Shown here piece by piece: positions 10,128 to 21,600 of a DNA stretch of 64,000 nt; the first letter of the stretch is position 1, and each line of letters opens with the position of its first letter. Position numbers and translations under genes: made by a program. The stretch comes from Candidatus Poseidoniaceae archaeon (GTDB lineage Archaea > Thermoplasmatota > Poseidoniia > Poseidoniales > Poseidoniaceae). The DNA is taken from NCBI GenBank assembly GCA_016777125.1, contig JADHSC010000006.1, forward strand, positions 7,915 through 71,914. The letters run 5' to 3'. The notes beneath the pieces were generated by a model. That model saw only the letters and a list, made by a program, of their open reading frames with translations, was not told the origin of the DNA and ran no database searches.

Positions 10128-11495
10128 CTACAATGAACCAACAATTCCTTCAATATCAGCAATTGTTTTTGGGCAACGTTTGGTCAAGACATCAGGTTCA
10201 TCATCTGTCACAAGGACATCATCTTCAATTCGAATGCCAATATTGGCATATCGTTCAGGGCAATCCACATCAGGCCTCCATGCACCAAAATACAATCCAG
10301 GTTCTACGGTCAGCACCATACCTGCTTCAAGCAAGCGTGGAGTACCATCTGGTTTGTAAACGCCTACATCGTGAACATCAAGACCAAGCCAATGACCTGT
10401 GTTATGCATATACCAGTTTTTCAGTTGACCGGTTTGGGTATCGAGTGCATCTTCTAGACTTTGATTGATAATACCTAATCGGATAAGGCCCTCTGCGAGA
10501 ACAGAACGAGCTACTTCATGTGGTTGATTGTAAGGATTCCCAACACGGCAGGCCGCTATTGCTTGTTCTTGGGCATCAAGAACAATTTCATAAATTTCCT
10601 TTTGCGCATCTGTAAACGTACCGCCAATAGGCCAAGACCGAGTAATATCAGCTGCATATCCTTTGTACTCTGCACCAGCATCGATGAGAATAATCTCATC
10701 GCCTTTACACTTTGATTCATTGACAGTATAATGGAGGATGGTTGCATTTTCACCACACCCAACAATTGATGGATATGCCCAACCACTTGTACCCCCATAG
10801 ACGAAAAAGCCCTCAATAATGGATTGTAGTTGGTATTCGAAAATACCGTCTTTACTTGCTCTCATAGCTAATTCATGAGCGACTGAAGAGATTTCTGCAG
10901 CGTGACGCATGAATTCAATCTCTTCGGGAGATTTGCGTAGACGCATCTCAGCAATTCTACGACTCGGATCTTCAAGTGAAACTGGACCAGAACCAAAATG
11001 TTGACGATTACGGTCTCTACGTTCAATTGAAGAAAGCACGATTGAATCAATGACACTGCTTATTCCTGTGCGTACATGAACAGTTGAACACTCAGAAAGA
11101 AACATATCAAGATGTTCTTCTAATTCATGTATTGAAGTTGCTTCATCGATAGACCAACCAAGTTTAGCACCTTCTGCTCCAGGGCGTCTTCCTTCCCAAA
11201 TTTCTTTTAGAGTATCTTTAGGTTGTACAAATAGATGAGAAATCCATTGTGAACCGTCGTGATGGAAGATGAGTGCTGATTCAGGATCAGCCCAACCTAC
11301 AAGGTAAAGCATGTCACTCGATGTTCTGTATGGATAAGTCACATCGTTACTACGAACAGCTTCTGAGGGGGTTGTTATAATCACCAAATCTGAAGGCTTT
11401 AATTGCGAAAGAAAACGTTGTTGTCGCTCTAAATAGACTGATTTAGGAACACTCTTGGGTTCAGTTGGTAGACCTTTCACAGCATCACTAAACAT
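10128..11495 (-). CDS. pepP: Xaa-Pro aminopeptidase (M24B)
   Basis: AMP_N-like N-terminus (RSNDVTYPYRT), ILHY, IDAGAEY..YAADITRSWP, HNTGHWLGLDVHD, TVEPGLY, GIRIEDD. Confidence 0.92.
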   Translation of the reverse strand: MFSDAVKGLPTEPKSVPKSVYLERQQRFLSQLKPSDLVIITTPSEAVRSNDVTYPYRTSSDMLYLVGWADPESALIFHHDGSQWISHLFVQPKDTLKEIWEGRRPGAEGAKLGWSIDEATSIHELEEHLDMFLSECSTVHVRTGISSVIDSIVLSSIERRDRNRQHFGSGPVSLEDPSRRIAEMRLRKSPEEIEFMRHAAEISSVAHELAMRASKDGIFEYQLQSIIEGFFVYGGTSGWAYPSIVGCGENATILHYTVNESKCKGDEIILIDAGAEYKGYAADITRSWPIGGTFTDAQKEIYEIVLDAQEQAIAACRVGNPYNQPHEVARSVLAEGLIRLGIINQSLEDALDTQTGQLKNWYMHNTGHWLGLDVHDVGVYKPDGTPRLLEAGMVLTVEPGLYFGAWRPDVDCPERYANIGIRIEDDVLVTDDEPDVLTKRCPKTIADIEGIVGSL

Positions 11496-11540
11496 AGACT
11501 CACCAGTTATTGCTATAATTCACAGTTTTTTAATGAATGG

Positions 11541-13061
11541 TTAATCATCAGAGGATTTAGTATCAGACCAGCGTACAAAATCTGATTTCTGTGACGAAAA
11601 TACTTTTTTGCGTATGATAACTATTGTCGATATTATGAGAAGGAACAATATTGTGGTCCAAATCGTAATGGATTGAAAAGAATTAGGATCTTGTGAATTC
11701 TGTTCCTCAACAGAAAATGTAATTGATGTACTTGCTCCATTATCATCGGTTAGAGTCAGCGTAATGTCCTTCCAATCATCACTTTTAATATCAGAAGATA
11801 AGAGATACGACCTACCACTTAAGAGGGATTTCCCATCAACAAACCAGTTGTATTGTAATGAATCAATGTCATTTACAGTATCAGTTGTTTGGTTTGCAGA
11901 AAAACACCATTCCTCTGATGATTTTACCATAACGGTCTGGTTATTCGAAATCTTATATCCATCATATCTTAAATCCAGTTGAGGTTCAACATTGACAACG
12001 GAAACATTGTGTTGAACATTTAAAATATTACCTCCTAAATCCCGAATCAGACCAAATATTTGGTACACTCCCTGTTCATCTGCTTCGAATGATAAACGAT
12101 TATCCCCTAATATCTCGGTGGAAGATACTGCTCTTAATTCCCCATCTGGTTCAATTATAGTCCAGGTGACCGAATACACTGAACCCTCATATCCATCATC
12201 AACGTTAATATCAACGGTGATCATTTCCGCCTCGAAAAGTTCAGATATGGAAGAGAACGTCACATTGGGAGGATTTCTATCAACTGCCATGTATTGAGTA
12301 AGAGTATTTGATTCTCTCAGGGACATTGATTGAACATAAAAATCAACTAAATACAAACCATCAGGGAGGTTGATCGAGAGAGATTCCATGGTAACCGTGA
12401 GTTCGCCATCAATGAGTTCATGAAGAATTGTTACGGGAATATATTCATCCGTACAAATACCGAATGGGGCAGGGCAGACTGAGAGTGATGACAAAACCTC
12501 CGGATTCGAAATTTCTTCTAAGGAAATCAAGTTTGGTGGTAAAAGGACATCATAAGTGAGTACTACATCTTCAGTTGTAAGCATGATTTGTGTTGTGAGA
12601 TACGATTCAGATGAAAACATCAAAACTGGTCTATGATGAGATTGACCAAGATAGATTGTAAGGCCATATGATTTCAAATCAGTTTGTTCCAGCAATGAGA
12701 TACGAACAAGGCATGTACAACTTTCACCCTCCTGATTAAACTGATGATTCCAAAGCCAGTTTGTAGTCCCAAGTGTTGTTTCAAACGGAGTAACGGAAAG
12801 CAGTGAAGAACTCGAATTTAAAAGATCATATTGGCCGTCAGCCGTCACATTCCATAGGGAGATTTCAACTGAATTTAGAGGTACAGAGGATGAACCACTA
12901 ACATTAATGAAATCCATGAGATGAATGCCATCTTCTTGATTAAATTCCAATATTGAATCAGCAGGAAGTTCTGCCATAGAAGACTTCAACGTAACTGGTG
13001 CAATGATAAGCATTGAGAGAATACTCACCAAGCAAATAGAAGTCGAATTCCCTCTAAACAT
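11541..13061 (-). CDS. Secreted, C-terminally anchored protein with Ig/PKD-like domains
   Basis: Signal peptide; FSANQTTD..D..SLQYNW and ITLTLTDDNGA PKD-like segments; C-terminal TM followed by RKK. Confidence 0.6.
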   Translation of the reverse strand: MFRGNSTSICLVSILSMLIIAPVTLKSSMAELPADSILEFNQEDGIHLMDFINVSGSSSVPLNSVEISLWNVTADGQYDLLNSSSSLLSVTPFETTLGTTNWLWNHQFNQEGESCTCLVRISLLEQTDLKSYGLTIYLGQSHHRPVLMFSSESYLTTQIMLTTEDVVLTYDVLLPPNLISLEEISNPEVLSSLSVCPAPFGICTDEYIPVTILHELIDGELTVTMESLSINLPDGLYLVDFYVQSMSLRESNTLTQYMAVDRNPPNVTFSSISELFEAEMITVDINVDDGYEGSVYSVTWTIIEPDGELRAVSSTEILGDNRLSFEADEQGVYQIFGLIRDLGGNILNVQHNVSVVNVEPQLDLRYDGYKISNNQTVMVKSSEEWCFSANQTTDTVNDIDSLQYNWFVDGKSLLSGRSYLLSSDIKSDDWKDITLTLTDDNGASTSITFSVEEQNSQDPNSFQSITIWTTILFLLIISTIVIIRKKVFSSQKSDFVRWSDTKSSDD

Positions 13062-13067
13062 AATTCA

Positions 13068-16000
13068 CTAGCTCTCAAATGGATCGCATAGTTCACCTTG
13101 ACCGGGGAAACTTATCGGATTTCTTGGGTTCGTATCCCACTTGAATTCACAATAGTTTACGTGACCATCACCATCGCTATCGACAAGTCTGTCGGCAGAA
13201 TCGTAAGGATCGAATTCAAAGTGATATTCCCATCCAGTAGCCATACCATCGTCATCATGATCCATGTAATAGACTTCAGGCCCATCTTCCCAATCATCAC
13301 CATCAGTGTCATTAGCCACTGGGTTGGTTCCATTCTCAAATTCTTCGAAATTAGTGTAATTCTCGAGGTTATTATAGAACTTCATACCGTCAGGAGTGTT
13401 TGGATCGATATTGCATTCCGCATTGGTTGTGTCATTATATCCTGGGCAATATTTCCTGATTAAACCAGTTCGATTTAATCCGTCTGAATCTGGGTCTTCT
13501 TCACCATCATCGATACCGTCAAGGTCACTGTCGGCCATGGAAGGATCCATTACACCACGGGCCCCGTATGCGTTGATTGTAGAATTATCAACCAGATTAT
13601 TATTTATCGCCTCATAGGAATATCGTACTTCCCAACCATCAGGCAAATTATCACCGTCTGTATCGTCGTCTACTGGATTTGTATTCCAGTTCGCAGGAGC
13701 CTCTGCCCCGTTAGGGAGAGTATCATTATCGACGTCATAGGTATCATCTTTCAGAGAATTAAGTGAAGGGTCGAGAGCCCAACGACCTTTACATCCATCA
13801 CACATCGTATTCCCAGGTAGGTCAAAGCCAGAAAGATTCATCTCAGAAACTTCGTATTTCTTCTGAAGTTCAAAGCCACCAAGCCAATTAATCCAAACGT
13901 AGCCACCGGGTCCCATCTGACAACTATTGGTTGAGGTTTCTGTACATCCTGGTCGATCCCAATTTGAGACAGCAACCCAAAGTGAATGAGAATTAGTATT
14001 ATCTTCAGTTGATTTAACCTGCATTTCCCATCCATCGAGCATACCATCAGCATCAGTATCATTGATCAGTGGATTCGTTTCTGATTGGAATGGCCTTGGG
14101 ATAAAGAGGATTTCATTTCCGTCAATCAGGCCATCGCCATCGGTATCAGAGTTGTTTGCGTGGGTAACGAAATTATCTGCACCTGCAATCACTTCTTCAC
14201 CATCTTCTAATCCATCGTTATCGGTGTCAAACATACAGGCGGATGTGAAATATTGTTCACCATTGAAGATATATCCGAGTTTGGTTTCTTGCTGATCACT
14301 TTCTCCATCACTGTCAGTATCATCATTTGAAGCATTAGAACCTTGTCCATCACATGTGGAAGAAAATTCAAGATAATCGGAAAGCCCATCACCATCGGTA
14401 TCTGGTAATCCAGGATCTGAAACAACCCAAGTTAATTGTACACCCCTATTGACAACAAGAATTTCCCAGCCACCTACTTCGATACCATCGAGGAGTCCGT
14501 CTAGGTCAGTGTCACCATGGGTTGGATCTGTTGAACGTCCGACGATGTTTCCTTGGTCATCGAGACGAGCCTCGTATTCCATCAAGTTGGTAAATCGCTC
14601 AGATTCTTCAACAAGATTCATCCAAACAAAGAGACGTGATTCAATTTGGTCTCCTGGAGCTACGTTGATTGAGTAAACATAGCCATCAACTGGAGCGACC
14701 AGATATACTGGTTGCTTGTTACCTCCACCCATTGTGTATTGACCACGAGCGATGGTTGTGTTACTTGTGACGTAATCGCCCTTTTGGACGTAGAGTTCTA
14801 CAACAGTAGTTGTGAGTTCCAATTCGTCATACACGACGTCTCCGTCTCCGTCAGAATCCCATCCATCGAAATCGATGTCATCGTTAGCATTGCTAGCATT
14901 TCTTGGATTCAATGGGTATTCTAATGTTGTACGGTTGTACTGATTTGCTTCCCAACCATCAGGCATTTTGTCTCCATCAGTATCCTCACTCCAAGGAGAT
15001 GTAAAAGATGGCAATCCGTTTGTAAGGCCAAACTTATTGGCCACTTGATATTCTTCAAGATTGTTTAAGCCATCTTCATCCCAGTCATTGTAACCATCGG
15101 ATGAATTTGATGGATTAAGTTGCTTATTCGCATCCTGAGTCGGGTGATCTTGCTTGAATGAGAAACAGTATTCAAATCCGTCAGGCATACCATCACCGTC
15201 AGTATCCCAATCACTTGGTCCGTTTAGAAGGCCATCACCGTCAAGGTCAGACAAGAACCATGCAGCGCTTACTTCGGAAGCGAATGGAGCAGTGCGTGGT
15301 GTTCTCTGTGAGACTGGAGTACTTTCAGGTTCACCGCAATCTGAACCAAGTTCAAAGTTAAGGACAACAGCACCTGAGTTTACTTCGAGGATATCTGGAA
15401 GCATATCATCATCGGAATCAGCAGATGCTGGATTGGTCCCATATGCTTCCTCTTGGAAGTTGAGAAGTCCATCGTCATCAAAATCTAGAACTTGATCGCA
15501 GGAATGCTTCCCTAATGGGTTTTCGAGTTCATCCCATGTAGGAGCGCCTTCAAATTCTTCAAGCATTGAAGAAAGGGTTTCTTCCAAAGCGAGGTTCAAA
15601 AGTGTACAATCCCAGTTGCCTGAGAGAGGATTGAAAAGATAGATTGTACCATCTGGAGAAGATACATTCATTCCATAAATAGACTCCCATCGATCGTTTA
15701 ATCCATCGTTATCTGTATCAGCCCGTTGTGGGTCGGTTCCGAGTTCCGCTTCTTGTTCGTTTGTAAGACCATCACGATCTGGATCGCCGTATTTTCCTTG
15801 CTCAGGATCAGGCCATGAATCGCTTTCGTTCGAAATTTCAGCATCATCTGCTGTTGTTGTAGAACCCGTCTCTTCTTCAAGCAGTTCAGACTCACCATTG
15901 TCAAGAGGATTGAGGCCATGGTCCACTTCCCATCCATCACTCATGCCGTCTTTATCTGTATCTTCATCGAGGGGATTAGTACCGTATTGAGACTCAAGAA

Positions 16001-16202
16001 CGTCTGGAAGGCCATCATTATCGCTATCAGTAGCTTCTCCAGAAGACACTTCATCTCCAAACAAATCTTCTTCTGCTGCACTATCGAATTCTCCAATTCC
16101 ATCAGAAGTTTGGTAAAAACCGCTCACTCCTACGAAAAGAGCCCCGAATATTAGTGTTGAAATGATAGCAGCATACGCCATTTGATTGTGATTTAGTGAC
16201 AT
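13068..16202 (-). CDS. Large acidic cell-surface protein with DxDxDG Ca-binding repeats and an internal biotinyl/lipoyl-like domain
   Basis: N-terminal TM; many DTDxDG(L/M)xDGWE and TNP..ADTD repeats; VVELYVQKGD...APVDGYV..INVAPGD insert; GGAGG SD. Confidence 0.7.
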   Translation of the reverse strand: MSLNHNQMAYAAIISTLIFGALFVGVSGFYQTSDGIGEFDSAAEEDLFGDEVSSGEATDSDNDGLPDVLESQYGTNPLDEDTDKDGMSDGWEVDHGLNPLDNGESELLEEETGSTTTADDAEISNESDSWPDPEQGKYGDPDRDGLTNEQEAELGTDPQRADTDNDGLNDRWESIYGMNVSSPDGTIYLFNPLSGNWDCTLLNLALEETLSSMLEEFEGAPTWDELENPLGKHSCDQVLDFDDDGLLNFQEEAYGTNPASADSDDDMLPDILEVNSGAVVLNFELGSDCGEPESTPVSQRTPRTAPFASEVSAAWFLSDLDGDGLLNGPSDWDTDGDGMPDGFEYCFSFKQDHPTQDANKQLNPSNSSDGYNDWDEDGLNNLEEYQVANKFGLTNGLPSFTSPWSEDTDGDKMPDGWEANQYNRTTLEYPLNPRNASNANDDIDFDGWDSDGDGDVVYDELELTTTVVELYVQKGDYVTSNTTIARGQYTMGGGNKQPVYLVAPVDGYVYSINVAPGDQIESRLFVWMNLVEESERFTNLMEYEARLDDQGNIVGRSTDPTHGDTDLDGLLDGIEVGGWEILVVNRGVQLTWVVSDPGLPDTDGDGLSDYLEFSSTCDGQGSNASNDDTDSDGESDQQETKLGYIFNGEQYFTSACMFDTDNDGLEDGEEVIAGADNFVTHANNSDTDGDGLIDGNEILFIPRPFQSETNPLINDTDADGMLDGWEMQVKSTEDNTNSHSLWVAVSNWDRPGCTETSTNSCQMGPGGYVWINWLGGFELQKKYEVSEMNLSGFDLPGNTMCDGCKGRWALDPSLNSLKDDTYDVDNDTLPNGAEAPANWNTNPVDDDTDGDNLPDGWEVRYSYEAINNNLVDNSTINAYGARGVMDPSMADSDLDGIDDGEEDPDSDGLNRTGLIRKYCPGYNDTTNAECNIDPNTPDGMKFYNNLENYTNFEEFENGTNPVANDTDGDDWEDGPEVYYMDHDDDGMATGWEYHFEFDPYDSADRLVDSDGDGHVNYCEFKWDTNPRNPISFPGQGELCDPFES

Positions 16203-16301
16203 TGGTAATAGCCTCCGCTCCTTGACTAATCTTACGAGCCTTCGATTTGGTTATGAACCTTGACCTTAATTGCTCGACAACTATCGAAATGTTGATTTGA
16301 T

Positions 16302-17339
16302 TTATACTGAATTTTCGTATGCCAATAATGAACGCAAATTAACGTGTATAGTACCATCAATCAACTTCAAACTTAAGTGAAATTTCCTTCCATGTGCACG
16401 TTCCCAAATACCAGCAACAAGACCAATGGAAAAAGCTGAAAGGGGAGATTTAGGGAATGTTAGAGTTGTATCGTAAGACTGAGGATCATATGAGACGACA
16501 GTGGCTCCACCCCATCCTTGTTCTGATAGATATGTGCGCAAATAAGCATCCCAACTGTCCTTCCCAGTAATGTAAACTGCACGCTCCGAAAGGGAAAATA
16601 ATTCCACTACAGAAGAGATAAGTAGACACATGATGGAAGTATCGGGCTTGGACCAATCGCTTGGACATTCAATCCATTGCACATCACTCATATCTGGAGC
16701 ATAAGCCAAACATGTTGACGAAAATCTCTCCAGAAGAGAAGCCGGGACAATCATGTACCGCTCGCCATCAATTTCAAAATGACCCAACTCCTTTACAACA
16801 AGTAAACCGGATACGTATCGGGAGTCACCTAGACCAGATGGAGTCATCTTTTCTGACCAGGGAAATGGCCGAACTGAACCGGGAGGAGGTAATTCACGAT
16901 TGACCTCAAGTGATAACTGAACTACTCGAGGCGTTGGTTCATTCCAACGAATTTTGTATCTCGTTTGATGGAAAACTTCCAAAGCATATGATGCTAACCC
17001 AACAGAAAAAAGAGAATGGGCGCCATTGAAAATCTCCTTTTTTTGTAAATCAATTGTTCCACTTCCGTAAAAATGTGTCAGTTGTGAAAGTTGTGAGATA
17101 TATTTTTTCTTCTTGAACAATCCATGCTGCAAGGACAAGCGTTCATGAAACTCTAAATCATCCACTACTGAATTTATGAAGATACGGCTTAAGGGATGTT
17201 TGAAAAGAGATTCAAAACTTCGCCACCAACGATTGAATTCATGTTGTTTCCACAACATGTAACAATTTTGATCTGTATCAAAGATGAAGCCCCCATTATG
17301 AGTTAATGACTCATGCGAAAGTTCAGATGGAGTGGACAT
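16302..17339 (-). CDS. Hypothetical protein, apparently two tandem V4R-like domains
   Basis: Internal similarity: FYGSG..FSVGLASYALE versus QGWGG..FSIGLVAGIWE; GERYMIVP motif. Confidence 0.5.
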   Translation of the reverse strand: MSTPSELSHESLTHNGGFIFDTDQNCYMLWKQHEFNRWWRSFESLFKHPLSRIFINSVVDDLEFHERLSLQHGLFKKKKYISQLSQLTHFYGSGTIDLQKKEIFNGAHSLFSVGLASYALEVFHQTRYKIRWNEPTPRVVQLSLEVNRELPPPGSVRPFPWSEKMTPSGLGDSRYVSGLLVVKELGHFEIDGERYMIVPASLLERFSSTCLAYAPDMSDVQWIECPSDWSKPDTSIMCLLISSVVELFSLSERAVYITGKDSWDAYLRTYLSEQGWGGATVVSYDPQSYDTTLTFPKSPLSAFSIGLVAGIWERAHGRKFHLSLKLIDGTIHVNLRSLLAYENSV

Positions 17340-17342
17340 GCC

Positions 17343-18635
17343 TTACATTCCTTCATATGCAAGAAGATCTTCAGAATCAAAGCAGTATTGAACATGTTGA
17401 AAATCAGATTTTAGATGATGTACATCATTTTTAATTGCATTGACATCTTCATTTCGAAGTAATGCTCGTGCATAAAAAGAGGCCACTTCTTCCATTTCTC
17501 GTGGACCCATTCCAACACGAGTAAGTTCTTGAACTCCTAGTCGAAGACCGGATGGAGTCATAGCCTTGGTGTCTCCTGGAAGCATATTCATATTGGTAAT
17601 TATTCCAGCTTTTTCCAATAGAGCAGCTGCTGTTGCACCTGCTCCAGAATCGATATCTCCGTGACGTGTCAACACCTGATGAGAGGCTGTATATCCACGG
17701 GATTCAGCAAGAACATCAAACCCTTCTGCTGCCAAGGCTTGCGCAAATGCTTGAGCATTTCGAACGATATCTTGGACGTAAGCTGCTCCAAACGCTTCAA
17801 ATTCTGCAAGTGCCACAACTTTACCGGCTACGTGATGTAAGTGGTATGATGATACAACACCTGGAAACATTGAATTGTTAAGTTTTCTTTGAAATTTAGG
17901 ATCTTCATTTGACGAGAGAAGAAAGCCTCCTTGTGGTCCAGGGAAGGTTTTGTGAGAGGAGCCAGTCATGACATCGGCACCTTCTCTCAGAGGGTCTTGG
18001 AATACACCTCCTGCTATTAACCCAAGAACGTGAGCACCGTCATACATGACTGTAGAACCTACTTCATGGGCTGCATCAGATAACTCTTTGAGAGGTGTAG
18101 GAAAAAGGAACACAGATTGTCCAACAAGGGTTACTTTAGGTTTTAATTCTCGAATAAGTGCGCATGAGCCATCAATATCTGGCTCCATACGGTCTTCATC
18201 CCAAGGATACGTTGAGACGTTGAGATCACGTAGACCGACAGCACCCATACGAGCATGCGAAATATGTCCTCCATCAGCGGTTGAAACAGCAGTAATAGAA
18301 TCTCCTGGTTTGGCTAATGCTTTCAATGCACCAATATTAGAAACGGTTCCAGAGGTCGATTGTATGTTCGCAAATGGTGCGTTGAATACCTTCTTTGCGA
18401 GATCAATCCCAAGACTTTCAATGGTGTCGAAATCCTCACATCCTTGGTAATATCTTTTTCCTGGTAAGCCTTCTGCATAGCGGCCATGTAAATCAGAATT
18501 GATAGCACGCTTAACATTTGGAGAAATAATATTCTCGGATGCAATCATGCCAAGTCCGTTTCCGTAAAGACGGGCACTATTGGATGTCGCTTCTAAAACG
18601 CGGTTAACTGAGTCTCTTGGTGAAGGACTGCCCAT
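17343..18635 (-). CDS. glyA: Serine hydroxymethyltransferase
   Basis: MIASEN, RYAEGLPGKRYYQG, GGHISH, DGAHVLGL, PLP lysine in SSHKTFPGPQGG, SGLRLG. Confidence 0.96.
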   Translation of the reverse strand: MGSPSPRDSVNRVLEATSNSARLYGNGLGMIASENIISPNVKRAINSDLHGRYAEGLPGKRYYQGCEDFDTIESLGIDLAKKVFNAPFANIQSTSGTVSNIGALKALAKPGDSITAVSTADGGHISHARMGAVGLRDLNVSTYPWDEDRMEPDIDGSCALIRELKPKVTLVGQSVFLFPTPLKELSDAAHEVGSTVMYDGAHVLGLIAGGVFQDPLREGADVMTGSSHKTFPGPQGGFLLSSNEDPKFQRKLNNSMFPGVVSSYHLHHVAGKVVALAEFEAFGAAYVQDIVRNAQAFAQALAAEGFDVLAESRGYTASHQVLTRHGDIDSGAGATAAALLEKAGIITNMNMLPGDTKAMTPSGLRLGVQELTRVGMGPREMEEVASFYARALLRNEDVNAIKNDVHHLKSDFQHVQYCFDSEDLLAYEGM

Positions 18636-18686
18636 GTATTGTCCAGTCAGACAAGGTTCATGAATACTATCAATCGCTTGTTAGGC

Positions 18687-21600
18687 TCAACGACGACGAC
18701 TGGGTCGACTGGGACCTGTTCGGGCTGAACGTTCGCTTGTTCGTGTGTTTCGAGGTACACTCCTACCCTTGAAATCATGAGATCCTACTGGATTGAGATT
18801 AGGCTTTCCAGATGGTGCTTGACGGAATCCAGTCGTCTTTTTCATAAGCATCGTTTGACGACCTCTGTATGCAACTTGGCCAACCAATTGTTCAAGAATC
18901 GGCACATCTGATAATTCATCCTTTGGCCTCTTGAGCCACCATCCTTTTTTCAATGGCTTCAACTTAGCAGGCTTATTTTTACTAATCGATAACGCATTTC
19001 GCTTCAGACGAGATCGAATGGTTTTGTCAGCATCCTTTGGAAGCCGTTGGGTCAACCATCCAGGCATTCCAACATCCAAGACAACACCGTTTACTGTTAC
19101 CAGAATACCTGAGAGAAGGAGGTGGGTTCCTATTGGAATATTACCGCTATTTGGATTAACCTTGAAGCGCTTCATCATACGAGCATAATCGACCAATGAA
19201 CGCTGATCACGATGCTTAATTTGTCTTCCTTGTTGTCTGCGGAATCGTGCAAAGGCAATTTGAAGCATGAACAACACAACACCTGTTACAACTCCTTGAA
19301 CCTGACCTGCATAACCAGACATAGCAATTGCAGAAACAATGAATATAGGTGGAAGAAGTACATATTGGATGATGTAATGCAAAATTGAAGGCGAATAGCG
19401 AGGAGTCATGTTACGCCGTACTGATTCGTGTGCACAAATCATAATGTTGGCGTTAATGGCTTCATCCATTCCGCCCTTAATTCCAAGTCCAGCAACAGCA
19501 TTTACAGGAGCTTCATCGAGCCATTTCCGAACATTTTTACCAGTTTCAACTGCAAGCGATACTTCAATATGTTCGACATTAGCCTCGTTCCCGAGTAGAA
19601 CGGATAGAGCAGTTACCCGAGGATCATTAATGTCACTTTCTTTGAGTTCTTGGTATACAGACATGGCCTGGTGCCAATTTCCTTTGTCGATTAAACACAA
19701 TGCAACAGCGATTCTAGGCCGAACACCAAGTGGATCAAACTTTACAGTCTCGAGTGCTAATTGGAGAGCTTCTTCATGACGTCTTTGCATTCTCAATGAC
19801 GCAACAGAGGATAATTTTCCAATCATCGAAAGTTTATCCGTGTGTTCAATTGAATCTTCAGAATGTTTTGGAGTCCAGTACCTGAGCATTCGCATTTGCT
19901 CATTTAGGTGGTCAATAGTCGAGTTATTTTCCCAATCCCAGATATCATCTTCATCAACTGTTCCATTCCATGGGTCCATCCATTCCGTGATGAATGCTAG
20001 AATTTCAGGTTCATCATACCCTTCTGGTTGTTGTAAACCACGTAGAGCCTCACGGGCAGCATCGAGTCTTCGAGTTGCGAGATATCCAGTAGCAGTAATC
20101 ATACGAGCCTCGTCATCATCTCCACCTGCTTGTGCGAGAACTTTACGAGATTCTTCAATGGCTTTTGGCCACAAGCCTCGTATCGCACATTCCCACATTT
20201 TCGCACGTGCTTTTTCATGACGCACAAGGGCTTCATCACCTTCAATCAATTGCATTTGGAATCGAATGAGTGCATCTAAATCCTCTTGGAGTGCTGCTTC
20301 ATCAACGAAGTCTCTCATCCAGTCACCGTCTGCCAGCATGACAGCACCTTCTCTTCTTTCTTCAGGATCAAGATCGAATTTTAATTGTCTAAGTGGAGCA
20401 AAACGAGCAATTGAAAGGAGCCATGTGAACAAGAAAATTGCTTGTCCAACGGCAATAAACATCCATGTTGTAAGGAGACGCATACTTTCATCAAATCCAT
20501 TATCCTCAAGATCTTGAGTAAAAGGCATTAAGTCACCAAATTCTTTGTAACAAACCAGAATAAGTAACAGCACAGTGTATCCTGAAAAGCCAGCGAACGC
20601 AAAGGCAAGTTGACGGCCTTGCGCAGACTCTTCTGTTCGAATTTCACGAGGTGTGTCGAGAGTTACTCCAAACATTCCACCGAATGTTTGACCACCTAAA
20701 ATCAAGTTTCTTGTCAATTCAAAAATGAACGCTAAGCCAACAATAGCTATGTTAAGAGAAAGGTAAAGTGATAAGAATTGAGGGGCTGATTTAATAAATT
20801 CCCAATGGAATAAAATTTCTGAAATGAGGTCTATACGCTCATAGATGGAATGGCCGATTATACCTCCAAAATTGAGAACTTCTTCCGTATTTTGAGGCTC
20901 ATTGACCAGGATATGGAATACAGTAACAATCCCATTGAGAGCAGTAATCGGCATTGTGATGAGGAACATGACAAGAAGTAACGAGAAAAGTCTGTTTACA
21001 AATGAAGGTTTATCAGGGTCAATTGGATTTCTACGTCCTCTCGCTGTCCTCCATTTATTCAAAAGTAGCATATTCCAAGAGGCTCCCATAATACGCCCAT
21101 ATGCAAGAATTGTTGGAGCCATAAATACCAACATACCTGCTGCAAGCCAAACTGGAGTGATGTCACCACCATTGAGATTCATTCCGTAACTAACTGTAGC
21201 AACAGTTGATGAGACCAAAATAGCGAGTGTGATTATTCTACGGAGACCAGTTCGAATCGTATGGCGGCCAACTCGAAGTTTATTCTTTCCAATTAACTGC
21301 GCATTAAGAGTCTCCCAAGGAGAGATAAGAACTGGAATAAGAATGAATAAACCGATGAGCCATAGATTGAGATCAAAGTAAACATCTGCATTGAAGAGTA
21401 ATTCTCCAATCAATACCAGAACACCCATCATACCCATCATGTACAACCCTACGCCAAATGCAACACGCCCTTGCTGCAGGAGTTCTTTGGCATCATCAAT
21501 GCCTTTTGTCAAACGATGAACTTCATACAAATCATCATCAATCTCGAATGCAACTTGTAAAGCCGATAACTGGCGAGGAACGAAGAATCTCCACAGAAAC

